From IMG/VR virus record IMGVR_UViG_3300032320_002219, positions 1-58,892 of that record: a stretch of 58,892 nucleotides of DNA. The stretch is one strand, 5' to 3'. Under the pieces are notes generated by a model that was not told the origin of the DNA, ran no database searches, and saw nothing but the letters and a program-made list of their open reading frames with translations. Shown piece after piece: positions 8,359-16,861 of the stretch (the first letter of the stretch is position 1; each line of letters opens with the position of its first letter). This DNA is from a virus. Its lineage: Duplodnaviria > Caudoviricetes. A program made the position numbers and the translations under genes.

Positions 8359-8836
8359 CGGACTGAATGCCGAAAGACCACGCCAGCAATCCGCACGCCG
8401 CCACAAGGCGGTCGCGAACGTCTGGCGTCATTTGCTTCACCTCTGGGCCAACCGCGTTGACAAACACTTCGTCGATGGCCGCGCCGAGGCCGTCGTACTT
8501 GCCGACGTCCTTGCGGTCGACAGCAAGCTGCAGGCTGCCAGCATGGAAAGCAGCGAACTTCTCGGTGTCCGTGATGAGCGGCGCCGAACGCTGCGCGTCA
8601 CGGAACAGGATGAACGCCATCGCGTCGTAAAAACTCGACAGGAACAGCCGGTCGGTGTGAGTCATTCGTGGCAAGACGTCGCGAATCGGCTCCGCGAACT
8701 TGAGGACTTCAGCGCTTGGTTTCGGGATGACTCGCTGCTTTGAAGCAGCCGGCGGCCACTCGAGATCGAGCACAGACCCCTTCCATGCAAAAAACAGGAG
8801 GACTGCCACAATAATGAACCTCACCTGCGAACTCAT
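8351..8836 (-). CDS. N-terminally anchored membrane/secreted protein
   Basis: RFIIVAVLLFFAW transmembrane segment. Confidence 0.7.
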   Translation of the reverse strand: MSSQVRFIIVAVLLFFAWKGSVLDLEWPPAASKQRVIPKPSAEVLKFAEPIRDVLPRMTHTDRLFLSSFYDAMAFILFRDAQRSAPLITDTEKFAAFHAGSLQLAVDRKDVGKYDGLGAAIDEVFVNAVGPEVKQMTPDVRDRLVAACGLLAWSFGIQSDE

Positions 8837-9063
8837 TTATCGGACCCCACAACCAGGGCGAGCGTCAGCGTGTCGATTGCCTCTTTCTGGTCGTCGCCAA
8901 GCGTCTCGGTGTTCAGGAGCCGCCTGCGAACAAAAGCAAGATTCGCAATCGCTTCCTGGTACGACGGCCCAGTGCCGCGCGGCCCAGGAATCACGTTCTT
9001 GAGCTGCGGCCAGAGGCCGACGATGGCTGCCGCGGCGACCGACCCGATCTGCATCCAAGTCAT
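8833..9063 (-). CDS. small membrane protein
   Basis: MTWMQIGSVAAAAIVGLW. Confidence 0.65.
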   Translation of the reverse strand: MTWMQIGSVAAAAIVGLWPQLKNVIPGPRGTGPSYQEAIANLAFVRRRLLNTETLGDDQKEAIDTLTLALVVGSDK

Positions 9064-9332
9064 TGGTTCACCTTCTCCACCACCCAATCGAACGCTGCCT
9101 TGCCCTCTGGGCTCACCAGAATCGACTCGATGTGAAACATCACCTCGTCGTCCAGTTCCGTGTTTGACTTTCCTGCCGCCCACTGCAGGGCGTCGACGAT
9201 TGCCGCCGCCCGTTCGTGTGGGGTCTTTGCTTCCGAAAGCACCTGCACGCGAGCGATCAGTGGTGCCCATTCCGTTAGCAGCTTGATCTTCGCGAGAAAG
9301 CTAAGACTGTCCCCGTAGTTTTCCTCGTTCAT
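9060..9332 (-). CDS. hypothetical protein
   Basis: RBS; ATGA coupling. Confidence 0.7.
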   Translation of the reverse strand: MNEENYGDSLSFLAKIKLLTEWAPLIARVQVLSEAKTPHERAAAIVDALQWAAGKSNTELDDEVMFHIESILVSPEGKAAFDWVVEKVNQ

Positions 9333-9490
9333 CCTTTTGCGCCTCCTTGCGCTTATGGTTGGCCAAAAACAGCAAATACGAAACGCTGCTTGTGCGGCTT
9401 CTACTTGTGAGCTTCCCCCAGTGGCTGGGCGGCGGCTCGGGAACCTTCGCCATCAGCGGAGGCTCGTCGTTCCCGTATGCCAACGGCCTG

Positions 9491-9688
9491 TCAGGGAGTT
9501 CCGTCATGTGCGACCGAATTCATGAAGTCATACAGGTCGTCGAACGAAACACGTGCGACCTCGCAAGCCTCGGTAGACGAGACCTTTGCATCGAACTTCC
9601 AGATTTCGTCGTCCACGATCTCGCCGCCATTCATCAGCATGAGGCGAGCCTCACGGGCGGCAATCATTAGGCGCACTTCCGCCAGCAT
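9491..9688 (-). CDS. hypothetical protein
   Basis: RBS GGAGG. Confidence 0.55.
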   Translation of the reverse strand: MLAEVRLMIAAREARLMLMNGGEIVDDEIWKFDAKVSSTEACEVARVSFDDLYDFMNSVAHDGTP

Positions 9689-10016
9689 GATTGTGTCCTC
9701 CGGTAGCCTCTTTCATTCTACCGAAGTCCAAGCCACCGATGCGGGCTTCCCGCTCTGCTTGACTCCACGATTGGCGTATCGCTGCACACGCCAGCCGTAT
9801 CTCGGAGGGCGTCGGAATGTAGTCGTTCGACTCAACTCGCTCTGGGAGTTGCATTTCGCTGGCGATCTCGAGCACCATCTCAGAAGTGAAGTCCACGACA
9901 TCGCAGTCGCCAAAATCGACAGACGAGATCGAAAGCTCTTCGGCGACCTCTTCAATCGTCAGACCTCCGCGCCACAAACGCCGGACGGCCCGCTTCTGGT
10001 TTGGGGTAAGATTCAT
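9651..10016 (-). CDS. HTH-containing protein
   Basis: LTPNQKRAVRRLWRGGLTIEEVAEELSIS. Confidence 0.6.
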   Translation of the reverse strand: MNLTPNQKRAVRRLWRGGLTIEEVAEELSISSVDFGDCDVVDFTSEMVLEIASEMQLPERVESNDYIPTPSEIRLACAAIRQSWSQAEREARIGGLDFGRMKEATGGHNHAGGSAPNDCRP

Positions 10017-10867
10017 TGCCAGATTGCGACATACCTGCAGCCGGGATTGAGATAAAGCTGATACCCGGCGCGCTTCAGGCTGTGGTGAAACGGAACGTGC
10101 TCGCAATCTTCACCGCCGTACTCACCAGATAGGTAAGCGCGAGTCGAGTAGACGCACAGGCCGCCGAACGCCGAGTTCATCGGGATTGGTGGCGAGCCAA
10201 CCGGCGGCAGGAGCGTTGAGAACCATGCGAAGCCGATCTCATCTTTGCGGTCATGCCACCAATTCAACCTTGCGGCCCACGAGTCGTAGCCGGCAACGTC
10301 CTTGCCGCCCTCGGCGTTCGTCACGCCGTAGAGACTAAAACTCGCCATTGCGCCCGGCGCGGCGACAGCCGGCTGCGACTGAAGCGATCCGAGCCATCCG
10401 ATGCTGTTGAAGACGCCGTCTACGCTGAACCCGTGGTGTGGGTCCATGTCGAGCACGATTGTCCAGGCAGTGCCAAATGCGTTTTGTCGAACCCAGCTCT
10501 GGCACTTGGCCCTGCAGGCCGCGAGCCTTCTGGTCCGCTCTTTCTCGAAACCACGGCCGTCGCAAACGCCAAGCGTTTCGTGCTCGATCGTGGCCCACTG
10601 CCGTGTGGCGGCGTAAGCGTCAAGAACGCTGGCCGTCTGGTCTGTTGAGTCGTTTTCGTAGACGTACAGGCTGCAGCTGCGAAAGCCGCGCTGCACTTCG
10701 TCTATAAGTTCCAGCGTATTCGGGAGATATGGCATCGCGTTTCTGGCGATAGCCACGACAGAAGCATCGAGGTTTTTGGCAATCTCGCGACCGACGCGAA
10801 CTTTCGTCGCGTAGTCTTCGGCGCACTCCTCGGCGAGCGGCCAGATTTGTTCAGGAGTTTGCGGCAC
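10013..10867 (-). CDS. GT-A glycosyltransferase (Cap59/mannosyltransferase-like)
   Basis: IARN, YENDS.D.T, R..RLA.CR, VLDMD, SAFGG...Y, CEHV.FH, LNP. Confidence 0.8.
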   Translation of the reverse strand: MPQTPEQIWPLAEECAEDYATKVRVGREIAKNLDASVVAIARNAMPYLPNTLELIDEVQRGFRSCSLYVYENDSTDQTASVLDAYAATRQWATIEHETLGVCDGRGFEKERTRRLAACRAKCQSWVRQNAFGTAWTIVLDMDPHHGFSVDGVFNSIGWLGSLQSQPAVAAPGAMASFSLYGVTNAEGGKDVAGYDSWAARLNWWHDRKDEIGFAWFSTLLPPVGSPPIPMNSAFGGLCVYSTRAYLSGEYGGEDCEHVPFHHSLKRAGYQLYLNPGCRYVAIWQ

Positions 10868-11483
10868 GATCCCACTCCTGAATGGCCCCGAGCCGGTCTG
10901 TGATGATGCCGCAGGCGTGAAGCCAGTTTTGCTTCGTTCCTGGGGGTGAGTACCGGCAGAAGTTGAAGCTCTCGTCGAGCCAGTGTGTCTTTTGGTACAG
11001 CAACGTGTCGTGAACGTGCCTGTTGCCGTCTGGGCCAAACTCGAAGCCCATCATGGCGTGAATCGCTGCTTGCTCCCACCACGGGTGGTTGACGAGGTGG
11101 TCGCTCATGGCCGCTGCCATGAGATACATGAGCATCGGCCGCCTCACTACCCAGACGCCTGCGTTCGGGACGTCGCCTTCGTTCGTGTGATGCCGCACCA
11201 TCGCCTGCCAAGCGTCGTCTGGCACACCGGCCATGATGTCGTCAATGAAGTTCAAAACGTAGACGTCGGCATCGACCCAGATGACCGTATCGGCCTGCGT
11301 TAGGCCGTGGGCGATGAATGTGAGCTTCTTCCACGATGACGGCCTCTTGTTTCCGCTTGGCATATCGTCGTGATAAAAGCCCATGCCGTGCTTCTCGGCG
11401 TACGCTTGAAGCCTCGGCCATGTGATCTGCCTGACGGCGAGAAACTCATCGCCCTCGCTGCCGGTGATGATGAGTGGTTTCAT
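10851..11483 (-). CDS. glycosyltransferase (GT34, GMA12/MNN10-like)
   Basis: W.K, WVDAD, NAGVWVVR and WEQAAI motifs. Confidence 0.8.
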   Translation of the reverse strand: MKPLIITGSEGDEFLAVRQITWPRLQAYAEKHGMGFYHDDMPSGNKRPSSWKKLTFIAHGLTQADTVIWVDADVYVLNFIDDIMAGVPDDAWQAMVRHHTNEGDVPNAGVWVVRRPMLMYLMAAAMSDHLVNHPWWEQAAIHAMMGFEFGPDGNRHVHDTLLYQKTHWLDESFNFCRYSPPGTKQNWLHACGIITDRLGAIQEWDRAANS

Positions 11484-12046
11484 TTCTTGATCACGAAAGA
11501 GGTGTAGCCGTCCATCGCAATCCCGTAGAGCATCAGATCGTGCTCATCGAGAAACTCGTCGACAGCTCGCTTGACTCCGAAGTTTGTGTAATGCGAAGCG
11601 TCGACACACTTCTCGGCGTTGATCGAGTAATCGTGGCCGGCGATGAAGCCGCCGTAGCGGACGAGCCGCCACGCCTGCGCGAGATCGTTCTTGATGCCCT
11701 CGTAGGAGTGGTCTGCGTCCAGATAGATGAAGTCCAGAGAGTGGTCTGGGAACGTCGGCAGCGCCTGAGACGACAGCCCCGAGTAGACCTCGACGCCCTC
11801 GCGGCTCGCAGCGAGCGACTTGGCGCTCGCCAGCAGAGCCTCCCCGGAGAGTGTTCGCGGGTTTCCGCCGTTTTCGTCGCACGAGAAAGACCACGCGGAG
11901 AAGGCGTCCACGAGAACGAGTCGCGTCGGGTCGCAGATGGCCGCGATCTGCCGAGAAAAATCACCTGCGAACACGCCGACCTCGCAGCACTCGCCGCCCT
12001 GCGGAATCTCGTGGAGCATCTCTGCTCTGCTCTCGAATCGAATCAT
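11480..12046 (-). CDS. class I SAM methyltransferase (Methyltransf_24-like)
   Basis: EVGVFAGDFS, DFIYLDADHSYE, GGFIAGHDY. Confidence 0.88.
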   Translation of the reverse strand: MIRFESRAEMLHEIPQGGECCEVGVFAGDFSRQIAAICDPTRLVLVDAFSAWSFSCDENGGNPRTLSGEALLASAKSLAASREGVEVYSGLSSQALPTFPDHSLDFIYLDADHSYEGIKNDLAQAWRLVRYGGFIAGHDYSINAEKCVDASHYTNFGVKRAVDEFLDEHDLMLYGIAMDGYTSFVIKK

Positions 12047-12333
12047 TCGATCCCCTCCAGAAATTGCCGCGCTTCGGCGGCAGAGTAGGCAACTGTCACG
12101 GCACACCCGGCCGCGGCAAGTTCTTTCATCCTGTGCTCTTGAACCTTTGAGGGCTTGTTTCCCTCCACCTTGACCTCGATCCACGCCGCTTTGCCGCCCT
12201 TGAGGGCAAGGACGTCAGGCAGGCCGGCCAACTGGAAGGCGTTTCCGTGAATCTTGAATGCGAACCACCCGAGAGAACGCGCGGCAGCCAGCACTTTGGC
12301 CACCACGGTTCTCTCGAGCGGTTTCTTTCGCAT
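12043..12333 (-). CDS. VRR-NUC domain nuclease
   Basis: GLPD, WIEVK and S..Q motifs. Confidence 0.88.
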   Translation of the reverse strand: MRKKPLERTVVAKVLAAARSLGWFAFKIHGNAFQLAGLPDVLALKGGKAAWIEVKVEGNKPSKVQEHRMKELAAAGCAVTVAYSAAEARQFLEGIE

Positions 12334-12363
12334 GGCCGATTGTGTCGGCCGGTAGCAAACAGG

Positions 12364-12672
12364 TCAAGACTGAATCACGTGGCCGTTTCCGGTGAAGTGA
12401 TACGCCGGCGGTCGCCACCGAGCGACTGGTGTTCTCCGGCGGCGCTCAGTCATAGACCACCCAGCGCGAACCGCGGCAGCCCGAATCTCGATTTCCTCTG
12501 GTGAGGGATCGAGTTCGCAGACCTGACGCTTTCCGCTGTATCGCTTCGGCAGCCCCAGCCGCTTGGACTCTCGATACAAGGTTGTCATCGTGAGCCCGAG
12601 CTTGGAAGCCACTTCTTTTGTCATGAGCCGGTCGTCGGCCCACAACTCACGAATGCGATCGTCGTCTGGCAT
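12364..12672 (-). CDS. HTH protein (GcrA-like N-terminus)
   Basis: IRELW...EVASKLGLT.....KRLGLPKR. Confidence 0.55.
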   Translation of the reverse strand: MPDDDRIRELWADDRLMTKEVASKLGLTMTTLYRESKRLGLPKRYSGKRQVCELDPSPEEIEIRAAAVRAGWSMTERRRRTPVARWRPPAYHFTGNGHVIQS

Positions 12673-12962
12673 CACTCGTACCTCACGCAGGCGTACCAGC
12701 CACGAGCACCACGCGCCACGCCGATCTCGCGGGCGCGGTACTTCCCCCAAAAACAGCAGTTTTTGATGGCCGCGTCGGACGAGACCGAAGAGAATCCGAC
12801 TCCTTCTCGACGCCCCCTCGCGCCACCGCAGTGGCCGAGAACGCCTCGACGAGCCATCGTTTCAGCCGACTGCTGTGCAGTCACAGTCATTGTCACCGTC
12901 ACGTTCTGGGCAGACGCAACGGACGCAAACAGCAAGCAAAGGGACAAGATAACCGTCTTCAT
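12672..12962 (-). CDS. small secreted protein, possibly minimal CAP/SCP-like
   Basis: Signal peptide ASA-Q; GH, EGVG, G.A.G..GWY. Confidence 0.6.
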   Translation of the reverse strand: MKTVILSLCLLFASVASAQNVTVTMTVTAQQSAETMARRGVLGHCGGARGRREGVGFSSVSSDAAIKNCCFWGKYRAREIGVARGARGWYACVRYE

Positions 12963-12979
12963 AGAGACCTCCGTATCTA

Positions 12980-13192
12980 CTAAGGAACAGCCCTCTCAAC
13001 AACGAACCGAGTCATTTCTTCACGAAACTCCTCGATTGACTCAAGCATCATTTCAGCCGAGAAAGACAACCCAGGTGCGTCACAGCGCTTGGCAGCCTCG
13101 GCCATTTGTTTTGTCATGTCGATCAGTCCGTCGAGCGACTTCCGCATTACGTCGAGGACTGCATACGCCTCGGCGATGTCTTCTGGATTCAC
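12980..13192 (-). CDS. hypothetical protein
   Basis: GTGA coupling with the GNAT stop. Confidence 0.55.
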   Translation of the reverse strand: MNPEDIAEAYAVLDVMRKSLDGLIDMTKQMAEAAKRCDAPGLSFSAEMMLESIEEFREEMTRFVVERAVP

Positions 13193-13626
13193 GAGACCCT
13201 CTCCCATCGCGTGACTTTTCTTTGCTCGAACAACTGCGCAAAAATGCTCGCCTTTTTTGCAACCAGCAGCATGTGCGGATGAAAGACAGCCACGCTGCCC
13301 GCGCCATACAGCGGGCCGGCTGCAAGAGACGCTGCTGCTATCGCCGCTATCCCGCGGCTGCGGAAGTGCGGGTGGACGAACGCTTCCAGCGTGTCCCACG
13401 CCAGGAGGCTACTGTCTTCCCATCGCTCGCTTCTGGCCCAGCCGACGATTTCGCCGTCAATCTTTACGACTGAAAGGTAGCCGTCGTCTATTGTCGGCTC
13501 GTCGCCCGACATGAACCGCTTCAGCTTGCGGTGAAAGTCGCTGCCCTTGTGGCACAGCGACGAGGCGATCTCTCGGTAGTTCTTCGAGAACGCACCAATG
13601 TCATCGAGAACAATCTTCAGTCTCAT
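13189..13626 (-). CDS. GNAT acetyltransferase
   Basis: DGEIVGW and FVHPHFRSRGIA acetyl-CoA-binding motif. Confidence 0.8.
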   Translation of the reverse strand: MRLKIVLDDIGAFSKNYREIASSLCHKGSDFHRKLKRFMSGDEPTIDDGYLSVVKIDGEIVGWARSERWEDSSLLAWDTLEAFVHPHFRSRGIAAIAAASLAAGPLYGAGSVAVFHPHMLLVAKKASIFAQLFEQRKVTRWERVS

Positions 13627-14338
13627 GCAACCTCCGTTTTGCAATCTCTGCGTACTCGGGATTCAGTTCGATCCCAACGCCGATGCGGTCCAGTTCTTGT
13701 GCTACTGCAAGTGTCGTGCCGGAGCCCGCAAAGGGATCGAGCACCGTGTCGCCTGTGTTGCTCGACACCCCGATGATCCGACGTACGAGTTCAAGAGGGA
13801 GTTGCGTAGGGACACCCTTGATGCGCTCCTTGAACGTGCCGCAGACTCTGCTGATCTTCCAGACGTCTCCCATGATCTTGCCGCCTGCCGCGGCGCGCTT
13901 GTCGCCGTAGATTTCCTGCCTTGCCGACGGGATCGTCACGGCCTCGCGGTTGAAAGTGAAGTTCTTTTCGTCCTTGACGGCGTAGTAGATCGGCCGGCTC
14001 GTCCTCGAGAACTTCCGCTGGCACTGGACCCCGAAAGTTTCGTGCCAAGTGATCCGGTTGCGCACAGCAAATCCGCACCGCTGCAGGGCGATGTCGATGT
14101 CAGCGCCGTGCTCCTGGCCGCTGACGATCCAGATCGAGCCGTGCGGCTTGAGTGTCCTGTAGCACCAGCCGATCCAGCGTTCGCACCACAGGTCGTAGTC
14201 AAGCCGTCGGTCGGCCTTGCTTCCGGCCCCGTAGTCGATGCCGATGTTGTACGGCGGGTCGGCCACGATGAGGTCAGCGCTTTCGCGCTCCATCTCGGAC
14301 AAGACGGCACAGCAGTCACCAGTGATGATTCTGGTCAT
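13601..14338 (-). CDS. DNA N6-adenine/N4-cytosine methyltransferase (beta class)
   Basis: DPPY followed by VLDPFAGSGTT. Confidence 0.93.
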   Translation of the reverse strand: MTRIITGDCCAVLSEMERESADLIVADPPYNIGIDYGAGSKADRRLDYDLWCERWIGWCYRTLKPHGSIWIVSGQEHGADIDIALQRCGFAVRNRITWHETFGVQCQRKFSRTSRPIYYAVKDEKNFTFNREAVTIPSARQEIYGDKRAAAGGKIMGDVWKISRVCGTFKERIKGVPTQLPLELVRRIIGVSSNTGDTVLDPFAGSGTTLAVAQELDRIGVGIELNPEYAEIAKRRLHETEDCSR

Positions 14339-14429
14339 TCGCCACCACCAGTCATGTACGGCCACAGCGACAGGTAGAAGACGAGGCCGGCAAGTGCCAG
14401 CACGGCGCCTGCGTTGGCAAGGTCGTTAC

Positions 14430-14603
14430 TCACTGCTTCTCCGTCCTTTCGGCAAGCAGCTCCTCTCGAAATACGAGAACCTTCGGCGGCGCCTTGATCC
14501 CAAGCCGCACCCGGCCGTTTGGCAGCACAGCCGCCACGACGATCTCGATGTCGACCTGGGGGATGATGACCTTCTCCCCGGCTTTTCTTGTCACAACAAG
14601 CAT
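14430..14603 (-). CDS. csrA: carbon storage regulator CsrA/RsmA homolog (57 aa, absent from the ORF track)
   Basis: Translated by hand: MLVVTRKAGEKVIIPQVDIEIVVAAVLPNGRVRLGIKAPPKVLVFREELLAERTEKQ; RBS AAAGGAG. Confidence 0.92.
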   Translation of the reverse strand: MLVVTRKAGEKVIIPQVDIEIVVAAVLPNGRVRLGIKAPPKVLVFREELLAERTEKQ

Positions 14604-14638
14604 CTTCCGACTCCTTTCGGATTGTGTTCGTGGGTAGC

Positions 14639-15109
14639 CTACGTGCGACGAGCACGAGAGTCAAGCCACGTTCTGCACGCCTCTTTGACGGCCTTTCGCT
14701 TGTGCGAGGATGCCGCCCATTCGATGTAGTCCATTCCGTTCTCTTGCTTGGATGCGTCTTCAATCGACAGCCCCTCGAAGATTCCGTCACGAAACACGAA
14801 GTCGTTGCCAACTGGTTCTGGCAGCACGCCTGCGATAGCAGGCACATGCTGGCCAGTGCCGCAGATCATGCACTCGATTCGCCATTCGCCTCGGTAGTCG
14901 TCGATGATGTCGAAATGACGCGATTGGCATCGCGTATCTGCACACTCATGCAAATCCCGTACCTGTCCAATAATTTCGTAGCCGCCGTGCACGACAACAG
15001 GCGCGAACTCGACTTCTTTTTTTGGCTCGACAACTGCAGAAGCCTGTCGCTTCGACTTCTTTTTGACGGGCTCTTCTTCCGAGATGTCAAACAATACGCC
15101 CTGGTTCAC
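14639..15109 (-). CDS. hypothetical Zn-ribbon protein
   Basis: C....C and CMIC. Confidence 0.6.
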   Translation of the reverse strand: MNQGVLFDISEEEPVKKKSKRQASAVVEPKKEVEFAPVVVHGGYEIIGQVRDLHECADTRCQSRHFDIIDDYRGEWRIECMICGTGQHVPAIAGVLPEPVGNDFVFRDGIFEGLSIEDASKQENGMDYIEWAASSHKRKAVKEACRTWLDSRARRT

Positions 15110-16746
15110 AGCATCATCCTGTAGTCGCATGGTTCCGAGCACACAATCAGCTTCTTTCTAGCCCTCGTCACGCCGACGTATTCGACGCGCCGCTCCTCGT
15201 CGTACTGCTCTGGGTCAAGTTGCTGCGACTCATGAACCCGCCGGCTCGTGGTCGTGGCAAGGCAAACCGTATCGGCCTCCATGCCCTTTGCTGCATGAAC
15301 CGTGCCAATTCGTATCTGTGGCTTGGTAGCCAATTCGGGGCCGAACTTCACGGCCGCGAGCCGCCAGCGATCGCCGCCGGTAACGAGCTCCGACCACGTG
15401 CCGTCATTGAGCCGCTGAATAAAGTACGGCGTCATGCCGGTTTGCTCGAGCATCGACGGGTAGACGCGATCCCATTTGTCGACCGTTGAGTCCCGCTCCC
15501 ACGAAGTCTTGACGCCCCTTGCCATGAGCGCCCCGTCTGCCCCACGAACTGGAATCTCGGCAACAGCGCAGGCGAAGTCGACGCCATTGACAGGCTTGCC
15601 GTGCTCCAAATCCCAGAGGGCTTTCATGCCCCTCAAGATCGCCGTGTTCTCCTTGGCCTTGAGTTTCGCAAACGGAATGCCCTTTTTCTTGAGGGTGTCG
15701 GCCCAGTCGTCGATAGTGTAGTTGCAGCGGGCGATGATGAGAGTCGACTCCAGGGGGTCGAGCCTCGGGACAATCGACGACGGGCCCCCCCCAGCGCGGA
15801 CTTCGCCCTCGTGGTCGGCCGGTGCTACGCCCCTGTCCCAGTAGCCTTTTCGCATCCTGCGGAGGCACCGCTCACCGAGCTCAAGGATGGGCTTTGGGCA
15901 GCGCCATGACTTCTGCATGACGGTCTGCTTGTTTGCCTCCCACCCCATGAAGTGCGAGGCATCGGAGCCGCCAAAACCGAAGACAGCCTGGAACGGGTCG
16001 CCGGCCAGATAAACCCACTTCACTTCGGGGCCATCCGCAAGCCGGCGGCAGACGAGGTCGACGAGCTTCGAGGCGTCCTGGGCTTCATCAAAAATCCAAG
16101 CCTGCACACCCTTTGGGTGCATACCCTCGGGGTCGACCGGATAGAAACCATCCGGCGTGAACTTGATCCCGACGTACCGAGACAGGAGGTCGGCGTAGTC
16201 GGATCGCTCTTCGAGGCGCTTGGCCTGCTCATATCGCTGAATGAACTGCTTGCACTCGGCAAACGTCGGCGGCGATTGCCCCGTGCGGGACATGCGCTTG
16301 ATCGTCTCGCAGAGCGGCTCAACCCGTGCCCGACTGAGTTCCCAGCAGTTGAGGGACGCAGCCGCAGCCGTGTCGCCTGCGTACATGGAGTACCCGCTGT
16401 CATCGTCCATGATGACTCGGACGTCCACCTTGAGGGCGTCAGCGATCCACCGCTGGTCAGCCTTCGAGTCTCCAATGAGCTGCCCCTTCTTGATGTCGAG
16501 CATCCGGTGGGCGACACCGTGGACGGTCTTGAACCACCCGTCCTTGGCCAGGACGTCTGGGGGAATCTCCCAAGAAGCCCCAGCCCTCGCCACGGCCTCG
16601 GCCCGAGCGGCCCGCGTGAAGCTGGCGAACCCGATCGCGAACGGGTCGCCGCCAAGGCCCGCCTTAGCCCCCTCCATGACCCTCAAAAGTTCCGTAGTCT
16701 TCCCAGACCCCGCAGCGCCAACCAGTCGAGCGACTTGCATGACCAC
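15106..16746 (-). CDS. UvrD/Rep-like SF1 helicase
   Basis: GAAGSGKTT, DEAQD, GDPFQ, SWRC, TVHAAKGME, YVGVTRA. Confidence 0.92.
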   Translation of the reverse strand: MVMQVARLVGAAGSGKTTELLRVMEGAKAGLGGDPFAIGFASFTRAARAEAVARAGASWEIPPDVLAKDGWFKTVHGVAHRMLDIKKGQLIGDSKADQRWIADALKVDVRVIMDDDSGYSMYAGDTAAAASLNCWELSRARVEPLCETIKRMSRTGQSPPTFAECKQFIQRYEQAKRLEERSDYADLLSRYVGIKFTPDGFYPVDPEGMHPKGVQAWIFDEAQDASKLVDLVCRRLADGPEVKWVYLAGDPFQAVFGFGGSDASHFMGWEANKQTVMQKSWRCPKPILELGERCLRRMRKGYWDRGVAPADHEGEVRAGGGPSSIVPRLDPLESTLIIARCNYTIDDWADTLKKKGIPFAKLKAKENTAILRGMKALWDLEHGKPVNGVDFACAVAEIPVRGADGALMARGVKTSWERDSTVDKWDRVYPSMLEQTGMTPYFIQRLNDGTWSELVTGGDRWRLAAVKFGPELATKPQIRIGTVHAAKGMEADTVCLATTTSRRVHESQQLDPEQYDEERRVEYVGVTRARKKLIVCSEPCDYRMML

Positions 16747-16861
16747 TTTTCCAAAAACCTGTCAGGAGTTGACCAAAGTTTGGTTCGACGTAACTCGTTC
16801 TACGCAAACGAGTTACAGCCCAAAAAACCACAAAACCACAAAACCACGACCATTTTGGAAT

